DNA of 13,764 nt, from IMG/VR virus record IMGVR_UViG_2541047849_000006; one strand, written 5' to 3'. The position numbers and the translations under genes were made by a program. Below, piece after piece: positions 1 to 7,436 of the stretch (positions are counted from its first letter, which is position 1; the number at the start of each line of letters is the position of its first letter). The notes below the pieces were generated by a model. The model did not search any database. It saw nothing but the letters and a program-made list of their open reading frames with translations, and was not told where the DNA came from. The stretch is from a virus (lineage: Duplodnaviria > Heunggongvirae > Uroviricota > Caudoviricetes).

Positions 1-276
1 GTGGCTTCTGTTTCTATCAGCTGTCCCTCCTGTTCAGCTACTGACGGGGTGGTGCGTAACGGCAAAAGCACCGCCGGACATCAGCGCTATCTCTGCTCTC
101 ACTGCCGTAAAACATGGCAACTGCAGTTCACTTACACCGCTTCTCAACCCGGTACGCACCAGAAAATCATTGATATGGCCATGAATGGCGTTGGATGCCG
201 GGCAACTGCCCGCATTATGGGCGTTGGCCTCAACACGATTTTACGTCACTTAAAAAACTCAGGCCGCAGTCGGTAA
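1..276 (+). CDS. insA: IS1 transposase subunit InsA (91 aa)
   Basis: Protein [43 protein letters not shown]... recognised as IS1 InsA (zinc-finger/HTH protein). The first codon in the window is GTG. Confidence 0.9.
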
Positions 277-698
277 CCTCGCGCATACAGCCGGGCAGTG
301 ACGTCATCGTCTGCGCGGAAATGGACGAACAGTGGGGCTATGTCGGGGCTAAATCGCGCCAGCGCTGGCTGTTTTACGCGTATGACAGGCTCCGGAAGAC
401 GGTTGTTGCGCACGTATTCGGTGAACGCACTATGGCGACGCTGGGGCGTCTTATGAGCCTGCTGTCACCCTTTGACGTGGTGATATGGATGACGGATGGC
501 TGGCCGCTGTATGAATCCCGCCTGAAGGGAAAGCTGCACGTAATCAGCAAGCGATATACGCAGCGAATTGAGCGGCATAACCTGAATCTGAGGCAGCACC
601 TGGCACGGCTGGGACGGAAGTCGCTGTCGTTCTCAAAATCGGTGGAGCTGCATGACAAAGTCATCGGGCATTATCTGAACATAAAACACTATCAATAA
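195..698 (+). CDS. insB: IS1 InsB reading frame (167 aa), normally expressed as an InsAB' fusion by -1 frameshifting
   Basis: Protein ...[50 protein letters not shown]... recognised as IS1 InsB. It overlaps insA in the -1 frame, with the A6C slippery motif at 253-259. Confidence 0.88.
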
Positions 699-713
699 GT
701 TGGAGTCATTACC

Positions 714-946
714 GGGTTATCCAGTGCCATCGCGTAATTTAGCAGGCCTTCAATCGCAAACTGAGGGTCCTGAACACCAACTTTTGCCAGAAATAAGGCC
801 AACCCAAGTGGTGCTTTCGACTGCACCATCCCCTGCGCTGCCATTACATCCGTAATTGTTAAACAACCGGTGCCTGTCGCTGGAGCGTCATCGCTCAATT
901 TTGGAGATTTTGGGGAGTAATATTTTGGTAAGGCTTCAAGGTTCAT
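714..946 (-). pseudogene. quuQ: Lambda-Q-like late antiterminator, 5' fragment (~77 codons) truncated by the IS1 insertion
   Basis: From the ATG at 946..944 (SD 'ggagaa' 13 nt after the ydfU stop) the product MNLEALPKYYSPKSPKLSDDAPATGTGCLTITDVMAAQGMVQS... parallels the lambda Q N-terminus (..FHSPKSPMMSDSPRATASD..TDVMAAMGMAQSQ..) as recalled. The frame runs straight into IS1 and stops at 692. Confidence 0.7.
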
Positions 947-959
947 GCTCGTTCTCCAC

Positions 960-2009
960 TTACGCCAGTACGCCAATTGTCAGCGCGCGATCGATAAAAC
1001 GAAATATCAGCTCCAGTTGGGAGCCATACTTATCTTCAAATGCCACTGTATCCGTATGCAGCTCGTTGTGATGCTTTCTGCACAAAGGCAACACAAAGAG
1101 ATCATGTGCTTTTGTTCCCATTCCGCCCTGCCCGTGACCAATCAGATGATGCGGATCGTCGGCTGGCATACCGCAGCAAGCACACGGCTGTGTCTTAACC
1201 CAACGTGTGTATTTCTCCTTAACCCAGCGGCGACGTTTAGGCAGCTTCATGAAAGATTCCGGAGACTCTGGATCAACGGTGATGCTTACCACCGTCTTTT
1301 CCTGTGGTGATTTTTGTTGCTGGTGGGCGTAAGGCAACGGTGCAAGATTTTTTGTGCGTTGTTTCAATATGCTGGTGGCGGTCTGCTCTCCCGGTACGAT
1401 GTCGCTTTCGCGGTACACCGAGCAGATTTTTTCCGCTGGTAATCCCAGCGAACGACGCGATACAGCCTCAGGTAGTGCATCCACCACCTGATTGCAGACC
1501 GCCCACCAGGATAATTCAGCCAAAGATAATTCCCGCTCCTGCGTACCGCTTATTGCGTGACGGATGACGTCAATCACCCATGCTGTCAGATTTTGTTGAG
1601 CAAGCAGCTCCAGTGATTCCGATGTCTGGTCACGCAGTTGGTTGTCGCAGTGCCAGCACAACACCATTGCGCCGGTACCATAACGGTGAATGACTGTTTC
1701 AGTGTGATGGTAATCGCCATTAGGCCACTGGCAGGATGTAACATGACGTAATAGCCAGTCGGACAATGCGCCAACGCCGCCAGCAGCACGAATCACCCGT
1801 TCGTTACTAAAAAACGGCAGCAATGTTTTGTCTTCCGCCAGCGGCTGGCGAACGGCAGGAACGACTCCGGATGGCAGATTACGCATGCTTTTTGGTTCCG
1901 GTTCCACCAGCACTCGAGGATTATGAAATATCTGTATGGATTCACGGCCCGGCTTAAGGACCACCAGCCCAAGCTCAGGCACCAGAACAGGTCTAAGTAA
2001 TACCCGCAC
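960..2009 (-). CDS. ydfU: DUF968-family prophage protein with a C-terminal Cys/His (HNH-like) motif
   Basis: Long ORF; the C-terminal region carries CACCGMPADDPHHLIGHGQGGMGTKAHDLFVLPLCRKHHNELH. A GTG start at 2009 gives 349 aa, matching the length I recall for K-12 YdfU. The track ORF extends to 2048, and an ATG at 1886 is another possible start. Confidence 0.75.
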   Translation of the reverse strand: MRVLLRPVLVPELGLVVLKPGRESIQIFHNPRVLVEPEPKSMRNLPSGVVPAVRQPLAEDKTLLPFFSNERVIRAAGGVGALSDWLLRHVTSCQWPNGDYHHTETVIHRYGTGAMVLCWHCDNQLRDQTSESLELLAQQNLTAWVIDVIRHAISGTQERELSLAELSWWAVCNQVVDALPEAVSRRSLGLPAEKICSVYRESDIVPGEQTATSILKQRTKNLAPLPYAHQQQKSPQEKTVVSITVDPESPESFMKLPKRRRWVKEKYTRWVKTQPCACCGMPADDPHHLIGHGQGGMGTKAHDLFVLPLCRKHHNELHTDTVAFEDKYGSQLELIFRFIDRALTIGVLA

Positions 2010-2010
2010 G

Positions 2011-2289
2011 TTACCTCCAGATCCGTTGCTGGAAAGTGCGGGACGCACGTGGTGGGCGTTCGGAATAAGGCAGCCTGACAGAGATTATCCAGTGCCGATA
2101 GTCGAGACTGAGAGCTTTCTTAACCTCGAACCCGCGCCTGCGGTAAGAATGAATCAGCCATTCGGCCTGTTCTGCAGTGCATGGAGGGTGCTGGAACCAT
2201 TCAGACTTGAATGCGTGAGAATACCGCCCGTGCGTGCAGGCAAGAACGGGCGAATTATCAGAATTGTAATATTTTGCGTTGCGTGCCAT
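2011..2289 (-). CDS. Hypothetical prophage protein (92 aa), apparently translationally coupled to ydfU
   Basis: ATG at 2289 preceded by SD 'ggaga' at a 6-nt spacing; the TAA stop (2013..2011) is separated by 1 nt from the ydfU GTG at 2009. Product not recognised. Confidence 0.45.
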   Translation of the reverse strand: MARNAKYYNSDNSPVLACTHGRYSHAFKSEWFQHPPCTAEQAEWLIHSYRRRGFEVKKALSLDYRHWIISVRLPYSERPPRASRTFQQRIWR

Positions 2290-2355
2290 CGGTTTTCTCC
2301 GGTGGCACGGTGTTACTCAGCGGGAGTTCAGCCCCGCGCAAGATTGTAGATGAGT

Positions 2356-2607
2356 TTATTCTCCTGAAAAAGCAGAAAAGCCAGCTTTTATTCCGATCTC
2401 TTTCAATGCCTGTAATGAAGTGACAAACTCACCTTCGCGCAAGATAAATCCGTCCGTGACCCGAGCATCCACAAAATTAATTAACGCAGCCCCATTCTTT
2501 CGCAAACACATAATGCGGTAATGACTAACAAGATTTCCATTTTCAACGCACACAGCATAGAGGCCATCTTCACAAAAAATTTTACGCAGTTCTTCGATGT
2601 TCATCAT
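2356..2607 (-). CDS. rem: Small prophage protein Rem (83 aa), function unknown
   Basis: 83-aa ORF between ydfU and hokD, matching the K-12 Qin gene order (ydfU-rem-hokD-relE-relB) and Rem length as recalled. Confidence 0.65.
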   Translation of the reverse strand: MMNIEELRKIFCEDGLYAVCVENGNLVSHYRIMCLRKNGAALINFVDARVTDGFILREGEFVTSLQALKEIGIKAGFSAFSGE

Positions 2608-2719
2608 CAGAATCCTTCCGGATAATTAGCTCTCCCCTTTAAGGGACCATCCCTCTTATCCCTGCGCGCTACTTAAGTATTTTTGATTCTATTCCGGCAC
2701 CGTCCAGAACTTCAAACGC

Positions 2720-2755
2720 GTTGAAAATAAAAACAAAAACCCGCCGAAGCGGGTT
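2720..2755 (-). terminator. Rho-independent terminator of the relB-relE-hokD transcript
   Basis: On the minus strand: stem 'cccgc' / 'gcggg' (2740-2753) with a 4-nt loop, followed by a T-rich tract 'tttttgtttttatttt'. Confidence 0.7.
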
Positions 2756-2823
2756 AAGTGCGGGTGCGTTGAGGATGCCTGCCACATCAGAGGTGGCGAG
2801 GGATTTCTCCCCCGCCGGGTCTC

Positions 2824-2979
2824 TTACTCCTCAGGTTCGTAAGCTGTGAAGACAGCGACCTCCGTCTGGCCGGTTCGGATTCGTACCTCGCAGAGGTCTT
2901 TCCTCGTTACCAGTGCCGTCACTATGACGGTTAAACAGATGACGATCAGGGCGATTAACATCGCCTTTTGCTGCTTCAT
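2824..2979 (-). CDS. hokD: Hok-family type I membrane toxin (51 aa), not in the supplied ORF track
   Basis: Manual minus-strand translation gives MKQQKAMLIALIVICLTVIVTALVTRKDLCEVRIRTGQTEVAVFTAYEPEE, a Hok/Gef-family protein (single TM helix plus the conserved LCE.R..G..EVA.F motif). SD 'aggag' upstream; lies directly after relE, as hokD (relF) does. Confidence 0.85.
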   Translation of the reverse strand: MKQQKAMLIALIVICLTVIVTALVTRKDLCEVRIRTGQTEVAVFTAYEPEE

Positions 2980-3050
2980 AGCCTGCTTCTCCTGTCAACG
3001 CAAAGCAGAAGTGTCACCTTCGGTGCGAAACAGAGATGTCATGCTTTGGT

Positions 3051-3338
3051 TCAGAGAATGCGTTTGACCGCCTCGCTATATACTTCCGAGCGTTCTCTTT
3101 TCCCAACAGAAATCACGAAAACGACAACTTTCTCGTCTATAACCTGGTATACAAGGCGATAGCCTGAAGACCGGAGCTTAATCTTGTAACAATCAGGCAT
3201 ACCACGGAGCTTGTTTGCTTCAATCCGGGGTGACTCAAGTACTTCAACCAGCTTCTTTTTCAACTGTTCACGTACCGTCGAGCCCAGCTTTCGCCATTCC
3301 TTTAGTGCCCGCTCGTCAAAATCCAGAAAATACGCCAT
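3051..3338 (-). CDS. relE: RelE mRNA-interferase toxin (95 aa)
   Basis: Protein MAYFLDFDERALKEWRKLGSTVREQLKKKLVEVLESPRIEANKLRGMPDCYKIKLRSSGYRLVYQVIDEKVVVFVISVGKRERSEVYSEAVKRIL recognised as E. coli RelE. Its start overlaps the relB stop (ATGA). Confidence 0.93.
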   Translation of the reverse strand: MAYFLDFDERALKEWRKLGSTVREQLKKKLVEVLESPRIEANKLRGMPDCYKIKLRSSGYRLVYQVIDEKVVVFVISVGKRERSEVYSEAVKRIL

Positions 3339-3577
3339 CAGAGTTCATCCAGCGTCACACGTACTGGCTTAGGATTACGAAGCCGTTCTTTCACTATCTC
3401 CACAAGTTCAGCATCTTCATCACTCAGGAGTGTCTGTTTGAACGGCAAGCGTTCATTGTCAGCGATATACTCGAGCATGAGACGAAGCGCTTCAGAAGGA
3501 GTTACACCCATTTTTTCAAGCGCGGCGTAAGAACGCGCTTTAAGTTCATCGTCAATACGCAGGTTAATGCTACCCAT
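3338..3577 (-). CDS. relB: RelB antitoxin (79 aa)
   Basis: Protein MGSINLRIDDELKARSYAALEKMGVTPSEALRLMLEYIADNERLPFKQTLLSDEDAELVEIVKERLRNPKPVRVTLDEL recognised as E. coli RelB (ribbon-helix-helix antitoxin); SD 'gaggtg' upstream. Confidence 0.93.
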   Translation of the reverse strand: MGSINLRIDDELKARSYAALEKMGVTPSEALRLMLEYIADNERLPFKQTLLSDEDAELVEIVKERLRNPKPVRVTLDEL

Positions 3578-3588
3578 GTCTTACACCT

Positions 3589-3614
3589 CTTGTAATTACA
3601 AATGTCATTACAAG
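3589..3614 (-). promoter_or_regulatory. relBE operator: two adjacent 12-bp dyad-symmetric repeats just upstream of the relB SD
   Basis: Minus-strand 'ttgtaatgacat' + 'ttgtaattacaa' (the second is a perfect palindrome), 12 nt upstream of the relB ATG. Matches the relO hexad-repeat operator as recalled. Confidence 0.6.
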
Positions 3615-3907
3615 TATCGCACTACAACATGCTTAGGGCAAGTCACGAAGGAAGTCAGAAAGTAGTCGTAAGAACGGTGATCACTGTCCGCTTTGTGCCA
3701 GGAGCAGCCATTGCTAAGTCCATCCTGTATTGTGCAGGTCAGCTCGTTTTTAAAGAGTCCGGCCATCATCTTACTGGTACAGACACCATATACTTTGTGA
3801 CGGTCAGGCTACATATGCACAACTCAACTTATTCATCTATTTTTTGCTTTAGCATGTCAGTGTTGCTTTCTCGTCGGCGGGTGAGCGGTGACCTGACCTG
3901 TCGATAA
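3602..3907 (+). CDS. ydfV: ydfV-like ORF (101 aa); coding status doubtful
   Basis: ORF of the length and position I recall for K-12 ydfV, but the start sits inside the relBE operator and the product looks low-complexity. Retained only on positional grounds. Confidence 0.25.
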   Translation: MSLQVSHYNMLRASHEGSQKVVVRTVITVRFVPGAAIAKSILYCAGQLVFKESGHHLTGTDTIYFVTVRLHMHNSTYSSIFCFSMSVLLSRRRVSGDLTCR

Positions 3908-4059
3908 AGGAACGTAACACGTTTTATGCAACACCCGCATGCGGCAGAAAATTATTGCCGAACGTTTACCCCTGTCAACAAGCTTTACTTTCTGAGGCGC
4001 GCCAGCCCGCGAGGAAAACAATCTGAACATCAAACAATTAATGACACAAGAAATACGAT

Positions 4060-4086
4060 TAAAGATTTTTTTGTGCATGCCGATAG
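4060..4086 (+). promoter_or_regulatory. Sigma-28 (FliA) class promoter of flxA
   Basis: 'taaagatt' (4060-4067), an 11-nt spacer, then 'gccgatag' (4079-4086), against the consensus TAAAGTTT-N11-GCCGATAA. It is 24 nt upstream of the flxA ATG, which has SD 'aaaggag'. Confidence 0.7.
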
Positions 4087-4109
4087 TGCTTTTTTAAAAG
4101 GAGAAATCT

Positions 4110-4442
4110 ATGTCTGTCACAATTCAGGGAAATACCTCAACCGTTATTTCAAACAACTCCGCCCCGGAAGGAACATCAGAAATAGCCAAAATCACAAGAC
4201 AAATTCAGGTGCTGACTGAAAAGCTTGGGAAAATCTCATCGGAAGAGGGGATGACGACACAGCAGAAAAAAGAAATGGCTGCATTGGTACAGAAGCAAAT
4301 TGAAAGCCTCTGGGCTCAACTGGAGCAGTTGTTAAGGCAGCAGGCAGAGAAAAAGAATGAAGACGCGACAGTTCAGCCTGATAAAAAAGAAGAGAAAAAA
4401 GACGATACAAATACCGCTGGCACCATTGATATTTACGTCTAA
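4110..4442 (+). CDS. flxA: FlxA, FliA-regulated protein (110 aa)
   Basis: Protein MSVTIQGNTSTVISNNSAPEGTSEIAKITRQIQVLTEKLGKISSEEG... recognised as FlxA; strong SD; sigma-28 promoter upstream. Confidence 0.88.
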   Translation: MSVTIQGNTSTVISNNSAPEGTSEIAKITRQIQVLTEKLGKISSEEGMTTQQKKEMAALVQKQIESLWAQLEQLLRQQAEKKNEDATVQPDKKEEKKDDTNTAGTIDIYV

Positions 4443-4456
4443 GTGACAGCCGTATT

Positions 4457-4480
4457 GTGGCCCTCATCGGGCCACTTTTC
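4457..4480 (+). terminator. Rho-independent terminator downstream of flxA
   Basis: Stem 'gtggccc' (4457-4463), loop 'tcatc', 'gggccac' (4469-4475), then 'ttttc'. Confidence 0.65.
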
Positions 4481-4799
4481 GCCATCAGCCTTTTCTTTAA
4501 AGACATATTATCTTTGTATCATTTCTGATAGTTAACATTACAAGATATAAGTAATGGACGCACTCCCAATTAGTCTATTTAAATCGCCACGAGTTTAACT
4601 GACAACCCATGATCAATTATGAATTGCAACTATTTCTGTAGTCACTTTTGTGGGGACAGTCCACAAAACTGCCAACTTCCGCTTCTTGCTCTTAGCGGAC
4701 ATTAGCATAGGCTATTTACCATAACGCCTCATTACGCGCACCGCCCAGACTGACTCAGCGCGTTTCTGGCATATCCCCGGTAAAACAAGTAACAAACCA

Positions 4800-6260
4800 C
4801 CCGAAAATGAACACCAGAAACGCGACTTAAGAATCTACCCTATGAATGGATATGCACTCAACCGAATCGATCTTGGTTTCAATCTTTTTTATCGGGATCA
4901 GGCTTCTTTTTAGGTAACTTCGGGGGCTTAACTTGCTGATGACTTTGCGTTCGGCGCGTAAGCCAGGGATGGTCAGCTTTAGGTTTAACATAGTATTTTG
5001 AGCGTAAATCAATACGGGCATTATCCACTCGTTCATGGACACTCTTTTCATCATCCAGTGGTATAGGCTCCGGGCCATCAACATACTTTTCCCAGCCCAG
5101 CGCTTTCCCGTCATACAGAACGTTAATTTCACCGTCAAAGTTCTCGCATACAGTAACAACCGAATGCCTAAGTCGATATCCCCGGCCCTCACTGCGTACC
5201 TGAAACGCACTGCTTTTGTACTGGAAAGTGAGATTTTTAGACAGAACGCGCTTCGCCTGTAGGCTGAAGATATAACCCAGTTCCTCTTCAGAATGGTGCA
5301 CATCAAGATGAGCATTATCAGTAGTACGAGGCGACGTAGCGAACCGGTTGTTATAGGCTTCAATAAAGGTCGGCAACCATGCATTTGCTGTTTCAATATC
5401 ACTGATATTCTGAAGCCGCATTTCTTTGACCAGCCTGTCCTGTAGTGTCTGATTGGCGCGCTCTACCCGCCCTTTTGCCTGCGGGCTGTTGGCATGGATT
5501 GGCTCGATGCCCAGTGTCTTTATCGCACGAGTGAACTGGGTCAGCTCACCTTCCCGCTCTGGGTTATTTACCCTGAATATACTGTGTCTATCAGAGTAGA
5601 GAGCGAGCGGTACGCCATGATCATTAAGGTAACCCCGGAGGGTTTCCATGTAAGCCCGGGTTGTTTCAGCAGGCACAAAACGCAACGCCATCAACGCACT
5701 GGTGGCATCATCAATGAAAACGATCAGTGTACATCTGGGGCCTCGATTTTCAAACCAGTCATGAGGTGAGCCATCAATCTGGATCAGTTCACCGTAAGAT
5801 GGTCGTCGCATGCGGCGTTGATATATACGGGCAATTTTACGACGGCGTTCACGCCATAACCCCTCTTCTATCATCCACTTTCTGAGAGTTTCAACGGATA
5901 AAGATAAACCGTGTATCTCGCGCAATTTTTCGCACGCAAACGTAGGTCCAAAATCAGCGTAACGGCCTTTGAGGAGTGAAATTACTGTTGCTCTGAATTC
6001 AGTAGAAAAGGAATTATTAGGACGCTTTCCACGTCGGTGGGAAACCAGACCAGAAGGCCCTTCATTTCTATACCGTTGCACCAGACGTTTAACCTGCCGA
6101 ATAGAAATGCCAATGCGTGCCGCAGCTTGTTCCTGAATAATCTGAAGTCGGTGGAGTTCCTTATGACTCATCGTAACAGTCTCTTTGATCATGAAAAATC
6201 CCCCAGAGAATTGTCTGGGGACATTTTAGAATGGTTCAAAGGGGACATTACAGCTTGGTG
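4800..6260 (-). mobile_element. Insertion sequence carrying a single DDE/rve transposase gene; ends are approximate and terminal inverted repeats were not resolved
   Basis: A 437-aa transposase ORF with short flanks, sitting where K-12 Qin (as recalled) has no such gene. The boundaries are a guess from the ORF limits; I could not identify the IRs or a target-site duplication by eye. Confidence 0.35.
4879..6192 (-). CDS. DDE-type transposase with an N-terminal HTH and an rve (integrase-core) catalytic domain, IS481/ISNCY-like (437 aa)
   Basis: N-terminal HTH-like segment (..IGISIRQVKRLVQRY..); candidate catalytic residues in 'IQIDGSPHDWFE', 'LALYSDRHSIF' and 'ANSPQAKGRVERANQTLQDRL' (D, D, E with a downstream basic residue); basic C-terminal tail. 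SD 'ggggga' 8 nt upstream of the ATG at 6192. Confidence 0.85.
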   Translation of the reverse strand: MIKETVTMSHKELHRLQIIQEQAAARIGISIRQVKRLVQRYRNEGPSGLVSHRRGKRPNNSFSTEFRATVISLLKGRYADFGPTFACEKLREIHGLSLSVETLRKWMIEEGLWRERRRKIARIYQRRMRRPSYGELIQIDGSPHDWFENRGPRCTLIVFIDDATSALMALRFVPAETTRAYMETLRGYLNDHGVPLALYSDRHSIFRVNNPEREGELTQFTRAIKTLGIEPIHANSPQAKGRVERANQTLQDRLVKEMRLQNISDIETANAWLPTFIEAYNNRFATSPRTTDNAHLDVHHSEEELGYIFSLQAKRVLSKNLTFQYKSSAFQVRSEGRGYRLRHSVVTVCENFDGEINVLYDGKALGWEKYVDGPEPIPLDDEKSVHERVDNARIDLRSKYYVKPKADHPWLTRRTQSHQQVKPPKLPKKKPDPDKKD

Positions 6261-6526
6261 TTAACAATAGCCTGCTTCTCCGTGCCTTTCGGCACGTAAG
6301 AGGCTAACCTACATGTGTCTAGCATGAAATTGGCCTCAGATTAATGTTAAGCGTCTTGCAGGACGCGTAATGTTAACTGGGGCTTTTCTCTATCTGCCGT
6401 TGGTGTCCATGCCCGAGGCAGATAGCCTCAAGCACCCGCAGTCATTCTACTTAACTAAGATTTCCCCGCAAACCGTTTTTGTCCAGCACAGTAAATATCC
6501 AACTAAACCAATGGAGTTCGCTGTAT

Positions 6527-6706
6527 TTACCGCCAGTATTCAATGCACATGACCGCCATGAACACCCCTAAAAAAAGGGCATTTATATATCCAAATATTA
6601 ATATCAAAACATCAACTTTTTCCATATACCTTGCTGTGAAGATGATGGGCATACATGATGCGAACAACCAGAACGCAACAAACAAAAACTGCAATGCGTT
6701 TTTCAT
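6527..6706 (-). CDS. Small hydrophobic protein (59 aa, two predicted TM helices) with a consensus RBS; candidate moron or membrane toxin
   Basis: Minus strand 'tgtAGGAGGaataATG': an AGGAGG SD 5 nt upstream of the ATG at 6706. Product MKNALQFLFVAFWLFASCMPIIFTARYMEKVDVLILIFGYINALFLGVFMAVMCIEYWR. The track's longer 72-aa ORF uses an upstream GTG. Confidence 0.5.
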   Translation of the reverse strand: MKNALQFLFVAFWLFASCMPIIFTARYMEKVDVLILIFGYINALFLGVFMAVMCIEYWR

Positions 6707-6960
6707 TATTCCTCCTACAATCAATGTGCAATTACATTTAAACACACCTCAATTTGGCCGGACATATAAATATCTAAACCAGAAAAAATCACTTACATAG
6801 CGTTACAAACTCTTTAGTCTAAAGGTTCATCGTAAAACATTCCCCATACTTATCAGTCCGTTCCGCGCCAGGTAGCTCATTGCCTTATCTGGCAACCTGT
6901 AATCAGGTTTCCGCTTTTTCAGTTGGCTGGTCGTTTAACCGACATAGTTAATCCATTAAT

Positions 6961-7436
6961 CTAGTTGCCGGATGTTGGTGGATTTTCGCGTTTTAGTTGT
7001 TCATAAAAGTGCACAGCTTTAACCAGTTCTTCTGATGTAACTGGGACTGGTGAGGCAGTGAATAAGGCCTGAATTTGATAGTTCGGCCTGTCGTTACAAT
7101 CCTCTTTTTTCGGTACATATTTCCAGTCACCAGACCACTACTTCCCCTGAAAGTCCGTAACGCCTTTTTTCACGTAGCGATATCGCCATGCCACTGGTTT
7201 TGCTTGCCCCGCCGTTTCATGCCCTTCCTGATAATTAATCTCGCTCATTCATCGCCCCACTCATCACAATATGCTTCGACCGGAGTTTTTCCCGCTTCAT
7301 AGTCATCACGCTAGGATTCGACATCAGCAGCACTTCCACCGCGTAACTCACCATAGTCCATTAATAGTTCATCCCGCTCTTCAAAACTGATGTTATATTT
7401 AGCTGAACAAAAATCAGCCACTTTGTTCTTCCTCAT
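6961..7436 (-). pseudogene. Run of short collinear minus-strand ORFs interrupted by in-frame amber codons; probable decayed early gene(s)
   Basis: ORF A (ATG 7436) reads MRKNKVADFCSAKYNISFEERDELLMDYGELRGGSAADVES-TAG(7313..7311)-RDDYEAGKTPVEAYCDEWGDE-TGA. ORF B (ATG 7248, overlapping that TGA as ATGA) reads MSEINYQEGHETAGQAKPVAWRYRYVKKGVTDFQGK-TAG(7140..7138)-WSGDWKYVPKKEDCNDRPNYQIQALFTASPVPVTSEELVKAVHFYEQLKRENPPTSGN-TAG. Confidence 0.35.

Larger units (their letters stand above)
1..713 (+). mobile_element. IS1 insertion sequence, partial: the left inverted repeat lies outside the window, the right end is at ~713
   Basis: Translated ORFs match IS1 InsA and InsB as recalled; the A6C frameshift motif 'aaaaaac' is at 253-259; the terminus '...atcaataagttggagtcattacc' at 691-713 matches the IS1 right end as recalled. 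Confidence 0.9.

Noticed and set aside
374-664. 96-aa minus-strand ORF inside IS1
   Set aside because: Lies antisense within the insB coding region of a well-characterised IS; no start context and not a known IS1 product.
945-1789. Several track ORFs (945..1310 +, 1304..1567 +, 1586..1789 -, 856..1071 +) overlapping ydfU
   Set aside because: Alternative-frame or antisense ORFs inside the much longer ydfU reading frame; no RBS support and odd composition.
1936-2423. Plus-strand ORFs 1936..2349 (137 aa) and 2211..2423 (70 aa)
   Set aside because: Antisense to the 92-aa ORF, the ydfU start region and rem; Arg/Pro-rich products typical of GC-rich antisense frames.
2846-3162. Plus-strand ORFs 2846..3067 and 2968..3162
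   Set aside because: Antisense to hokD and relE, which are confidently identified on the minus strand.
3215-3595. 126-aa plus-strand ORF
   Set aside because: Antisense to relE/relB.
3857-4219. ORFs 3857..4078 (-) and 3926..4219 (+) upstream of and overlapping flxA
   Set aside because: They span the flxA promoter/5' region; flxA itself has clear promoter, SD and terminator, and these products are not recognisable.
4192-4506. 104-aa minus-strand ORF
   Set aside because: Antisense to flxA and running through its terminator.
4827-6264. ORFs 4827..5402 (-), 5035..5262 (+), 5494..5769 (+) and 6037..6264 (+) overlapping the transposase gene
   Set aside because: Alternative frames or antisense within the 437-aa transposase ORF, which has the recognisable DDE domain.
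6370-6800. Plus-strand ORFs 6370..6552 and 6543..6800
   Set aside because: No RBS; the second is antisense to the small membrane-protein gene that has a consensus SD; AT-rich sequence gives long chance ORFs.
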